From: Patescibacteria group bacterium
GTDB taxonomy: Bacteria; Patescibacteriota; Minisyncoccia; Phycocordibacterales; UBA9973
Assembly (NCBI GenBank): GCA_040390725.1
Contig: JAZJXT010000003.1
Coordinates: 1 to 32,501, forward strand
Length of the DNA stretch: 32,501 nucleotides
Direction of reading: 5' to 3'
Position 1 is the first letter of the stretch; each line of letters starts with the position of its first letter. Made by a program: the position numbers and the translations under genes. This document shows, in pieces, positions 7,960 through 15,400 of this stretch. Below the pieces are notes generated by a model that worked only from the letters and a program-made list of their open reading frames with translations, made no database searches and had not been told where the DNA came from.

Positions 7960-10641
7960 ATGCGTAAAAAATTAGAAACTAATAAAAATACTATGACCCC
8001 AAAGCAAAAAAAGCTTCATCAAAGCATTCAAAATGAACCTAAGCATGAAAACCTGACAAAAAGGTTAAGCCAATTTGAAAAGGAAGGCTTGAAAGAGGTG
8101 GCGATGGCCCGCATTGCGGAATTAAAATTATTGGAAAAAACAATAAAAGAAAAAGGCAAAAAAGCTGTTGAAAAAGCAGGGGACACACGAGGTGCACCCG
8201 AATTGCAAAAAGAAATTGCGAATATCACGGCTGAAGCTGAAAAAATTGTAGAAGAAACAACGGAAAAAACCGATGCAGTTGTCGAAGAAGAAACTGAAAA
8301 AACTCCGGAGACTGCCGAGACTATCGAAACAAAAGGAGTTTCTGAAAAAGTAAAAAATTTCTTTGCAAATAAACTGGCAAATATAGAAAAATTAAAAGAA
8401 TTAAACGAGCAAAAAGATACTCTGGAAAAACAAGCTCCGGATAATAATAACGATACCCCTGTTGTCGAACCGACGCCGGAAACACTTTCTCCGGAAATGG
8501 AAAAAATAAAAAAGGATGTAAAAAATGCTTTGAGTATAGAAATCCACCGCCGAAAAGCAGGTGGAGAAAAAGCCATGAATGAACTCGAGGAAAGATTATT
8601 TGCGGGAAAAGTTTTCCGAGAAAAAACAAAAGAGGAAAACGAGAAAAAGAAAATGGCGATGGAAGGATCCATGCAAAAGCTCATAAATAGGGGAGAAGAA
8701 GCTTGGAAAAATCTCGATAAAACTGTTTGGGGCAAGACGGCAAAAGTAGTAGCGAGTTCGGCCCTCATCGGAGCAGGAGTTCTTTACACTGCGTCAAATA
8801 TGGACATGATGGCTGCCGGAGAAATAGGCGGAAGATTATTGAGCAGGGTAGGTATGGCAACAGTATTAAACGTAGCTTTGACTAAAATTAATGTTCCACC
8901 AAAAACACAAAAATATGTAAAAATTGGATTGATGGGATTAGGGCTGGGGGCAGCGTTTATGGTGGGTGGGCCTGTTTCCGCGATAGTGGCCGGAGGTGGA
9001 ATGCTCGCTAAGCTCGGAGTGAAAAAACTGACAACATACCTAGAGGGACGAATTGAAAAAGAAGAGCAAAAAGTAGCGGAAAAATTCGACAGAGCATTTG
9101 ATATAAATAAGCTTTCGGGCAACAAAGAAATATTGGAACAAAATCGAAATAAGATTGATGGAAAAATAAAATGGATGAAATGGGGTAAAAAAGTTTTGAA
9201 TCTGGGTGTATCATTCGGCACAGGATTGGCTACTATTGGAGGAATGCAATATGCTGAAACGCATGACCTGCATACAACTTCAGATGTGCTAAATAAAACG
9301 ACAAACACAGCATCAGAAGTTATTGATAAAGTAAGAGGAGTTGAACATCCTATTGAAAACCCTGTAGAAAGTGCATCCGCAGAACATCAAGACAGTATTC
9401 CTGCTGGAACAGAAGTATCTGCGCACAGTCATGCCTCTGAAGTAGCGAGCAACCCAACTAATATAACTACAGAACATCATGAAGCTCCGGCATCAACGGC
9501 TGAAAGCGTAGTGCATCAAGGCGAGGGGCAAGAAAGCTCTTTCATCAGACAAATTGAAAACAATGAAGAGTTGGCAAGAAATGCAGGGTGGGACGGCAAG
9601 GAGGATCTGCATCATTTTGCAGGAAGAGCTGCACATAGCCTAGCTATGAAAGTAGGAATAGTTGACGCAGATGGGAATCAAGAAGCGGTTCACGCCGGAG
9701 AAAGCGTAGTATTGAAATTCGAAGATGGGCATTTTGCAGTGGATAAAATAAATACCGATGGAGAATTGGCGCACACTTATCACGAAGGCGACACTGTCAG
9801 TCATCATGATGAAACTGCACCAAAGGGAGATGAACATGCTCAACCAGAAAAACACGATGATCATACTCCTCCGGCAAAACCCGATGAACATGTTCCACCG
9901 GCAGGAGGAGAAAATAATAATCCCAATGAGCAAATTTCAAAAACATTAAGTGTTGTAGTAGACAGAGCTCAATATACAAATGATGATTATGATGATATGC
10001 ATGACCACTTGCCGGAAGTGGAACAAATGGAATTGGAAATGAAAGTTGACGCATTGATCGTCGATGAGAAACATTTGGCAGAAATGAGTACTATGGATCA
10101 CAATAATCCGGAGTATCAAGAATTGCTCAAGAAAGTTCAAATGGAACAACAAGATATCCAAGCAACATACGGAGATGTTATTAATTTTGATAAATTTGGA
10201 GAAAATCAAGACTTGCACCCAACAAACACGGAACACCATGATGACGATGACACTAAACACGAAACAGATTCTGAAAAAAATCCGGAACAAGAAGAAAACT
10301 TGATCAATAATGATGTATACAATCTAAGACCGCAAGCATTGGAATTGTACAATGATAATGCTGAATATATTTTACAAACAACCCCCGGAGGCCATGACTG
10401 GCATTCACTAATAACAATGCATTCAGCAAAAGAAATTTCTGATATGGATGGTCATACTCCTATATTTTCTTCTCTTAGATATTATATACACACCCTCGAA
10501 GAAGCTACCGGCCTGCACCCTAGAGGAGCAACTTACTTCAACCATACGCCAGAAACAGTCGAGCACTTTATAGTTCGTGCCGTGAAAGCAGCTGAAAAAC
10601 TGGATGTTTTAGATAATATCAAAATGAATGTTTTAAAATAA
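7960..10641 (+). CDS. large membrane-associated hypothetical protein: coiled-coil N-terminus, central Gly/Ala-rich hydrophobic helices, His/Asp-rich C-terminal half
   Basis: 893-aa ORF; hydrophobic segments VASSALIGAGVLY, IGLMGLGLGAAFMVGGPVSAIVAGGG, VLNLGVSFGTGLATIGG. Confidence 0.87.
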   Translation: MRKKLETNKNTMTPKQKKLHQSIQNEPKHENLTKRLSQFEKEGLKEVAMARIAELKLLEKTIKEKGKKAVEKAGDTRGAPELQKEIANITAEAEKIVEETTEKTDAVVEEETEKTPETAETIETKGVSEKVKNFFANKLANIEKLKELNEQKDTLEKQAPDNNNDTPVVEPTPETLSPEMEKIKKDVKNALSIEIHRRKAGGEKAMNELEERLFAGKVFREKTKEENEKKKMAMEGSMQKLINRGEEAWKNLDKTVWGKTAKVVASSALIGAGVLYTASNMDMMAAGEIGGRLLSRVGMATVLNVALTKINVPPKTQKYVKIGLMGLGLGAAFMVGGPVSAIVAGGGMLAKLGVKKLTTYLEGRIEKEEQKVAEKFDRAFDINKLSGNKEILEQNRNKIDGKIKWMKWGKKVLNLGVSFGTGLATIGGMQYAETHDLHTTSDVLNKTTNTASEVIDKVRGVEHPIENPVESASAEHQDSIPAGTEVSAHSHASEVASNPTNITTEHHEAPASTAESVVHQGEGQESSFIRQIENNEELARNAGWDGKEDLHHFAGRAAHSLAMKVGIVDADGNQEAVHAGESVVLKFEDGHFAVDKINTDGELAHTYHEGDTVSHHDETAPKGDEHAQPEKHDDHTPPAKPDEHVPPAGGENNNPNEQISKTLSVVVDRAQYTNDDYDDMHDHLPEVEQMELEMKVDALIVDEKHLAEMSTMDHNNPEYQELLKKVQMEQQDIQATYGDVINFDKFGENQDLHPTNTEHHDDDDTKHETDSEKNPEQEENLINNDVYNLRPQALELYNDNAEYILQTTPGGHDWHSLITMHSAKEISDMDGHTPIFSSLRYYIHTLEEATGLHPRGATYFNHTPETVEHFIVRAVKAAEKLDVLDNIKMNVLK

Positions 10642-10676
10642 AATTAAGTTATCATTAACAATAAACAAAAAATAAA

Positions 10677-10991
10677 ATGCAAAAACAAAACATGCAATCT
10701 GTGCGACAAAATATTATTAAATTATTCGATATCGACAAGCTTCCGGAAGACAAACAAGAAGAAATGATATCTGAAATAGGGTCTCTCATTTTTCAATCTG
10801 TACTGATAAGGGTTCTGCCCCTTTTGGAAGAAAAAGATTTGGCGGAATATGAGAAATTAACGGATCAAAAAATGGATATAGAAAAATTATTTGATTTCTT
10901 TTTCGAAAAAATACCGAATTTTTTGCAAATTGTGACTGAAGAATCAGAAAACTTCCGAAAAGACGCGACGCAAGTTTTAGAAAATATATAA
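10677..10991 (+). CDS. DUF5663-like small acidic helical protein (CPR-typical)
   Basis: Pattern IDKLPEDKQEEMI...IFQSVLIRV...LEEKDLAEYEKL...IPNFLQIVTEE recognised by eye. Confidence 0.7.
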   Translation: MQKQNMQSVRQNIIKLFDIDKLPEDKQEEMISEIGSLIFQSVLIRVLPLLEEKDLAEYEKLTDQKMDIEKLFDFFFEKIPNFLQIVTEESENFRKDATQVLENI

Positions 10992-11015
10992 ATTCTCCCT
11001 CATATCCTAAACTCA

Positions 11016-11024
11016 TGCTATAGT
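11016..11024 (+). promoter_or_regulatory. extended -10 promoter, leaderless geometry
   Basis: TGCTATAGT, 6 nt, then ATG 11031. Confidence 0.6.
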
Positions 11025-11030
11025 GTTTAG

Positions 11031-13082
11031 ATGCAACACTTGGCAGGGTTAAATAATGCTCAAAAAGAAGCGGCTCTTCATGTGGAAGGTCCGCTTCTTA
11101 TCGTCGCGGGCGCGGGCGCGGGGAAAACCAAGACAATTACACACAGAATTGTGAATTTGATAAAAAACGGCGTTGCTCCTGAGAAAATATTGGCGGTAAC
11201 ATTCACAAATAAGGCTGCAAAAGAAATGCGAGAGCGCGTAATTGCGGAAATTGAAAAAAATGCCGGAGGACAAAATAATACGCCATTTGTAAGCACTTTT
11301 CACTCTTTGGGAGTTTATATAATAAAAGAAAATGCGCGAATATTGGGGCTGACGCGATATTTCACTATTTTAGATGATTCGGATTCCAACTCTATTATTA
11401 AAGACGCGATAAAAGAATTGGGTTTAGATCCAAAACAATACGAACCAAGAAAAATAAAAAGTATTATCTCGCGAGAAAAAGGAAAATTCACAGAGCTTGA
11501 TAAATACACAGAGAGGGTAAATGATCCCGCCTATCAAGAAAGAAATGGTTTGAGTAGAGTGGTGGCGCAAGTTTGGAGTATTTACGAAAAAAGAAAAAGT
11601 AAGGAAAATTCTTTGGATTTTGACGACTTGCTTTTAAAAGCTACAAAACTCTTAAAAGAAAATGAAGAAGTGCGCAAAATTTATCAAGACCGATGGGAGT
11701 ATATACATATAGATGAATATCAGGATACAAATGAAGCGCAGTATTTGATGTCGAAACTTCTTTCGGAAAATAATAAAAATATTTGTGTAGTGGGTGATGC
11801 CGACCAAAATATTTATTCTTGGCGCGGAGCGAATTTGAAAAACATTTTAAGTTTTGAAAAAGATTATCCAAATGCGAAAATAGTAATGCTCGAAGAAAAT
11901 TATCGCTCGACCAAAAATATTTTGGAAGCGGCAAATGAAGTAATAAAGAAAAATAAATATCGTCCCGATAAAAACCTTTTCACTGAAAATGAAACTGGTG
12001 AAAAAATTTCTCTATATGAAGCGCTAGACGAAAACGACGAAGCAGAATTCGTCGCGACAAAAATTTTAGAAATAATGGACGGGAACCCTGCGGAATTTTT
12101 TCGGCAGGGTCTCTCGCAGGCTGACGAGCCGAGAGTGAGCGCTGTGCCAGCAGGCACAGACAGCGACCCTGTAGAAAAAGATTCCGCGGGGTTTCCTAGC
12201 ATCGCCATTCTTTACCGAGCCAACTTTCAATCACGCGCATTAGAAGAAGCGATGCTTCGATACAATATTCCTTATCAAGTTTTAGGTGTGAAATTCTTTG
12301 AAAGAAAAGAAATAAAAGACACGCTTGCGTATTTGCGCGCGGCATTAAATCCTGAAAGTTTGTCGGACATAAAAAGAATTATAAATTTTCCTGCAAGAGG
12401 AATAGGCAAGACTACTTTAGTGAAATTATTCGGGGGTGAAAAAGAAAACCTGCCGATAAAAATGCAAATAAAAATACAAAACTTTTATGAAACTCTGGAA
12501 GAAATAAGAGAAAAAATACAAACATCAAAAGCAAGCGACGTGATAAAATTCACAGTGAAAAAATCCGGTATTGAACATGAGCTTTTAGAAGGAGGGGAAG
12601 AAGAATTAGAAAGACTCGAAAATATAAAAGAACTTGCTACGCTTGCATTAAAGTACGATAACTTAGAAGAAGGCGCAGGTATAGAAAAGCTTTTAGAAGA
12701 TGCATCGCTCGCTTCTGACCAAGACAGTATAATGATTACAGAAAATAAAAAAGAGAAGAAAGAAGGTGTAAAACTTATGACAGTACATGCTTCAAAAGGG
12801 CTGGAATTTAAATATGTTTTTATCACCGGGCTCGAAGACGGGCTTTTCCCGCATCAAAAATTCGGCGAGACAAAAAGCGGGGAAGACAGCGAAGAAGAAC
12901 GTAGATTATTTTATGTGGCACTCACACGCGCTCGCAGTAAATTATTTTTATCATATGCAAATTTCCGTACCATTTTCGGCTCACGACAAATAAATTCCCC
13001 TTCGGAATTCCTATCTGATATACCCCCAGACATTTTAGAAAAAGGTGACGAAGACCCGAATGTAAAAACCATTTATATTTAA
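11031..13082 (+). CDS. pcrA: ATP-dependent DNA helicase PcrA/UvrD
   Basis: AGAGAGKT, IDEYQDTN, VVGDADQNIYSWRGA, LMTVHASKGLEF, EERRLFYVALTRA. Confidence 0.97.
   Translation: MQHLAGLNNAQKEAALHVEGPLLIVAGAGAGKTKTITHRIVNLIKNGVAPEKILAVTFTNKAAKEMRERVIAEIEKNAGGQNNTPFVSTFHSLGVYIIKENARILGLTRYFTILDDSDSNSIIKDAIKELGLDPKQYEPRKIKSIISREKGKFTELDKYTERVNDPAYQERNGLSRVVAQVWSIYEKRKSKENSLDFDDLLLKATKLLKENEEVRKIYQDRWEYIHIDEYQDTNEAQYLMSKLLSENNKNICVVGDADQNIYSWRGANLKNILSFEKDYPNAKIVMLEENYRSTKNILEAANEVIKKNKYRPDKNLFTENETGEKISLYEALDENDEAEFVATKILEIMDGNPAEFFRQGLSQADEPRVSAVPAGTDSDPVEKDSAGFPSIAILYRANFQSRALEEAMLRYNIPYQVLGVKFFERKEIKDTLAYLRAALNPESLSDIKRIINFPARGIGKTTLVKLFGGEKENLPIKMQIKIQNFYETLEEIREKIQTSKASDVIKFTVKKSGIEHELLEGGEEELERLENIKELATLALKYDNLEEGAGIEKLLEDASLASDQDSIMITENKKEKKEGVKLMTVHASKGLEFKYVFITGLEDGLFPHQKFGETKSGEDSEEERRLFYVALTRARSKLFLSYANFRTIFGSRQINSPSEFLSDIPPDILEKGDEDPNVKTIYI
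12081..12196 (+). repeat. GC-rich ~116-bp palindromic element inserted in-frame in pcrA
   Basis: ~31-bp imperfect terminal inverted repeats (GGGAACCCTGCGGAATTTTTTCGGCAGGGTC / GACCCTGTAGAAAAAGATTCCGCGGGGTTTCC) enclosing stems CTCTCG/CGAGAG and CTGTGCC/GGCACAG. Confidence 0.82.
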
Positions 13083-13117
13083 TTAGGTGCTAGCTACTAG
13101 GTTCTAGTTGCTAGTAA
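13083..13117. repeat. degenerate heptamer tandem repeat
   Basis: TTAGGTG CTAGCTA CTAGGTT CTAGTTG CTAGTAA. Confidence 0.65.
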
Positions 13118-13125
13118 AAAAAGAA

Positions 13126-13947
13126 ATGCAAAAAAAACACAAAGCAAAAAAATCATTGGGACAGAATTTTTTAAAATCAGAACCGGCATTAAAAGCTATC
13201 ATTGTGGCGGGTGAAATAAAACCCGATGATGTTATTTTAGAAATAGGACCGGGCAAGGGCGCATTGACCAAAAAACTTTTGGAATATTCTGGCACTGTGA
13301 TAGCGGTGGAAAAAGACCGCGAGCTTATTTCTTTTTTGCAGGAAAAATTTACAGAAGAAATTAAAAATAAAAAATTAATTTTAATAGAAGAAGATATACT
13401 GGAATTTAATTTAGAAAAATTTTCTAAATATAAAATAATTGCAAACATACCATACAACATCACTGGTGCAATTTTGAAAAAATTTTTAACAGAAAAAAAA
13501 CAGCCGGAACGAATGGTGCTAATGGTGCAAAATGAAGTGGCGAAAAGAATAGTTGCGCGGGACGGTAAAGAAAGTATATTATCAATTTCTGTAAAAGCTT
13601 ACGGCGAGCCGAGTATTGTGATGAAAGTCCCAGCGAGATATTTTTCCCCGGCACCAAAAGTAGACTCAGCTGTTATTTTAATAAAAAATATTTCGAGGGA
13701 AAGATTTCATACCACCACCTCACCCCTAGCCCCTCTCCTGAAAGGAGAGGGGGAAAGGACTAATAAACAAAAAATTTCAGAAGAAAAATTCTGGGAATTG
13801 GTAAAGGCCGGCTTTGCTCATAAAAGGAAAAAATTATCGGGAAATTTAAAAAATTTTCTAAATATAAAACTACCAGAGAAATTAAAAGATGCTCGAGCCG
13901 AAGAATTAACACTTTCAGACTGGCTCACACTGGCGAAAGACATTTAA
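13126..13947 (+). CDS. rsmA: 16S rRNA m6,2A1518/1519 dimethyltransferase RsmA/KsgA (ATG 13126 preferred)
   Basis: KKSLGQNFL, VILEIGPGKGALT, IANIPYNIT, FSPAPKVDSAV. Confidence 0.97.
   Translation: MQKKHKAKKSLGQNFLKSEPALKAIIVAGEIKPDDVILEIGPGKGALTKKLLEYSGTVIAVEKDRELISFLQEKFTEEIKNKKLILIEEDILEFNLEKFSKYKIIANIPYNITGAILKKFLTEKKQPERMVLMVQNEVAKRIVARDGKESILSISVKAYGEPSIVMKVPARYFSPAPKVDSAVILIKNISRERFHTTTSPLAPLLKGEGERTNKQKISEEKFWELVKAGFAHKRKKLSGNLKNFLNIKLPEKLKDARAEELTLSDWLTLAKDI
13717..13753 (+). repeat. short palindromic element, copy 3 (in-frame in rsmA)
   Basis: ACCTCACCCCTAG-CCCCTCTCCT-GAA-AGGAGAGGGG-G; encodes TSPLAPLLKGEG. Confidence 0.85.
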
Positions 13948-13950
13948 CAT

Positions 13951-13959
13951 TGGTATAAT
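13951..13959 (+). promoter_or_regulatory. extended -10 promoter, leaderless geometry
   Basis: TGGTATAAT, 6 nt, then GTG 13966. Confidence 0.7.
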
Positions 13960-13965
13960 ATCCAA

Positions 13966-14373
13966 GTGAAAAAATATATTTTTGTTTCGTTATTAGCTTT
14001 CTTTTTAGTATTTGTGGGTACGCATACGGCTTTCGCTGGTTTAGTTTTTTTTGCCGGAAAAGTCACAGTGGCTCCAATAGCGAAAGAAATACAAGGACCG
14101 GAAGATGCGGGCTATATTTGCCCAGTTGACGGAATAACATTTGATATATTGCCAACAATAAATGGTGGACCACAGGGACCATATATAATAAGATCAACAG
14201 GAGTCAAAAAAATAACTAAAGGCGTACCAACTACAAATAAATATATTACAGGATGGTATAATCCACTAAGAATACCTATAACTTGCATATATCCAGGCAG
14301 TAGCGCCACAGCAGTAATAAATATTTATTCGGTAAAAAGTTTTGGTCTGCCTGGAATTATCGGGAAAAAATAA
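13966..14373 (+). CDS. small secreted protein with one Cys pair
   Basis: Signal peptide MKKYIF...HTAFA; 135 aa. Confidence 0.8.
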   Translation: MKKYIFVSLLAFFLVFVGTHTAFAGLVFFAGKVTVAPIAKEIQGPEDAGYICPVDGITFDILPTINGGPQGPYIIRSTGVKKITKGVPTTNKYITGWYNPLRIPITCIYPGSSATAVINIYSVKSFGLPGIIGKK

Positions 14374-14387
14374 TTTAAAAAACATAA

Positions 14388-15353
14388 ATGTATAAAAAAT
14401 ATTTGCCGAGTAAAAATTTCATAATTTCACTTACAATAATTTTAGTTATTTTAACTATAATCTTTTCAATTTACAAAATCTTTTTCGGGGGCTCAAAAAC
14501 AACAGTAGTCAATCAACAAAATCAAAACAGCCAAAGTCAATTAGAAGTAGGCCAAATAACCACAGAAGACCTTTTGCAAAAAGACTCTGATGAAGATGGT
14601 ATTCCAGACTGGGAAGAAGCTCTTTGGGGCACGGATCCTCATAAAAAAGTAACTTTCGACAATGTCCCCGACAGTGAATATGTCAAAGAAAAAAAAGCCG
14701 AGTTAAAAATAAAATCCGGCACAAATACAAACAATACTATAGATAAAAGCGGAGAAAGTTCAAATGAAACAGAAAAATTCTCTCACGAATTTTTTGCCAC
14801 CTACGTAGCATTGCAACAATCCGGACAAAATGACCCCGATACTATGAAGAGCATGACCTCAGCACTTGGAGAAAGAGTCGGCGATCCGACTTTGCCAGAC
14901 AAATACAGCCAAGTAGATATACAAATAGGTAAAAGCGGATCCAGTGAAGAAACAGCATATTATAAAACAATTCAGAGTATTTTCAGCAAATATAAAAATA
15001 CAAAAATGGGCGAAGAGCCAGCCATAATATCTGAAATATCGAGCGAAGATGGCGCTCCAAAACAACAAGAAGATGAAGCTATCGCACAATTAAATACAAC
15101 AGCCAATGCATACCAGGATTTTTCTAAAAAATTAATAAATACTCCGACTCCAAATGAGCTTGTAGAATATGCATTAAAAATAGCCAATAGCTCTTATAAT
15201 CTTGGCATAGCTGTTCGAAATATGACGAAAGTATCCGATGACCCATTGGTTGGGCTTTCCGGACTAGCGCAATACCAAAAATACAGCGATACATTTTTAT
15301 CAGCTACCGATGAATTAAAAATACACTTAGGCATCAGAACTGAAACTCCATAA
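14388..15353 (+). CDS. membrane-anchored protein with TSP3-like Ca-binding motif
   Basis: N-terminal TM; DSDEDGIPDWEEALWGTDP; helical C-terminal domain. Confidence 0.82.
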   Translation: MYKKYLPSKNFIISLTIILVILTIIFSIYKIFFGGSKTTVVNQQNQNSQSQLEVGQITTEDLLQKDSDEDGIPDWEEALWGTDPHKKVTFDNVPDSEYVKEKKAELKIKSGTNTNNTIDKSGESSNETEKFSHEFFATYVALQQSGQNDPDTMKSMTSALGERVGDPTLPDKYSQVDIQIGKSGSSEETAYYKTIQSIFSKYKNTKMGEEPAIISEISSEDGAPKQQEDEAIAQLNTTANAYQDFSKKLINTPTPNELVEYALKIANSSYNLGIAVRNMTKVSDDPLVGLSGLAQYQKYSDTFLSATDELKIHLGIRTETP

Positions 15354-15400
15354 TTGATTTGGTAAAATTCAAATATGAGGTATAATTACAAAGCAAATAT

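Noticed and set aside
2700-10290. Many Phe/Ser-rich minus-strand ORFs, up to 246 aa
   Set aside because: Expected antisense shadows of Lys/Glu-rich genes.
12081-12196. Intein, group I intron or tRNA within pcrA
   Set aside because: Too short; no intein C/S...HN ends, catalytic intron core or T-loop; kept only as a palindromic insertion.
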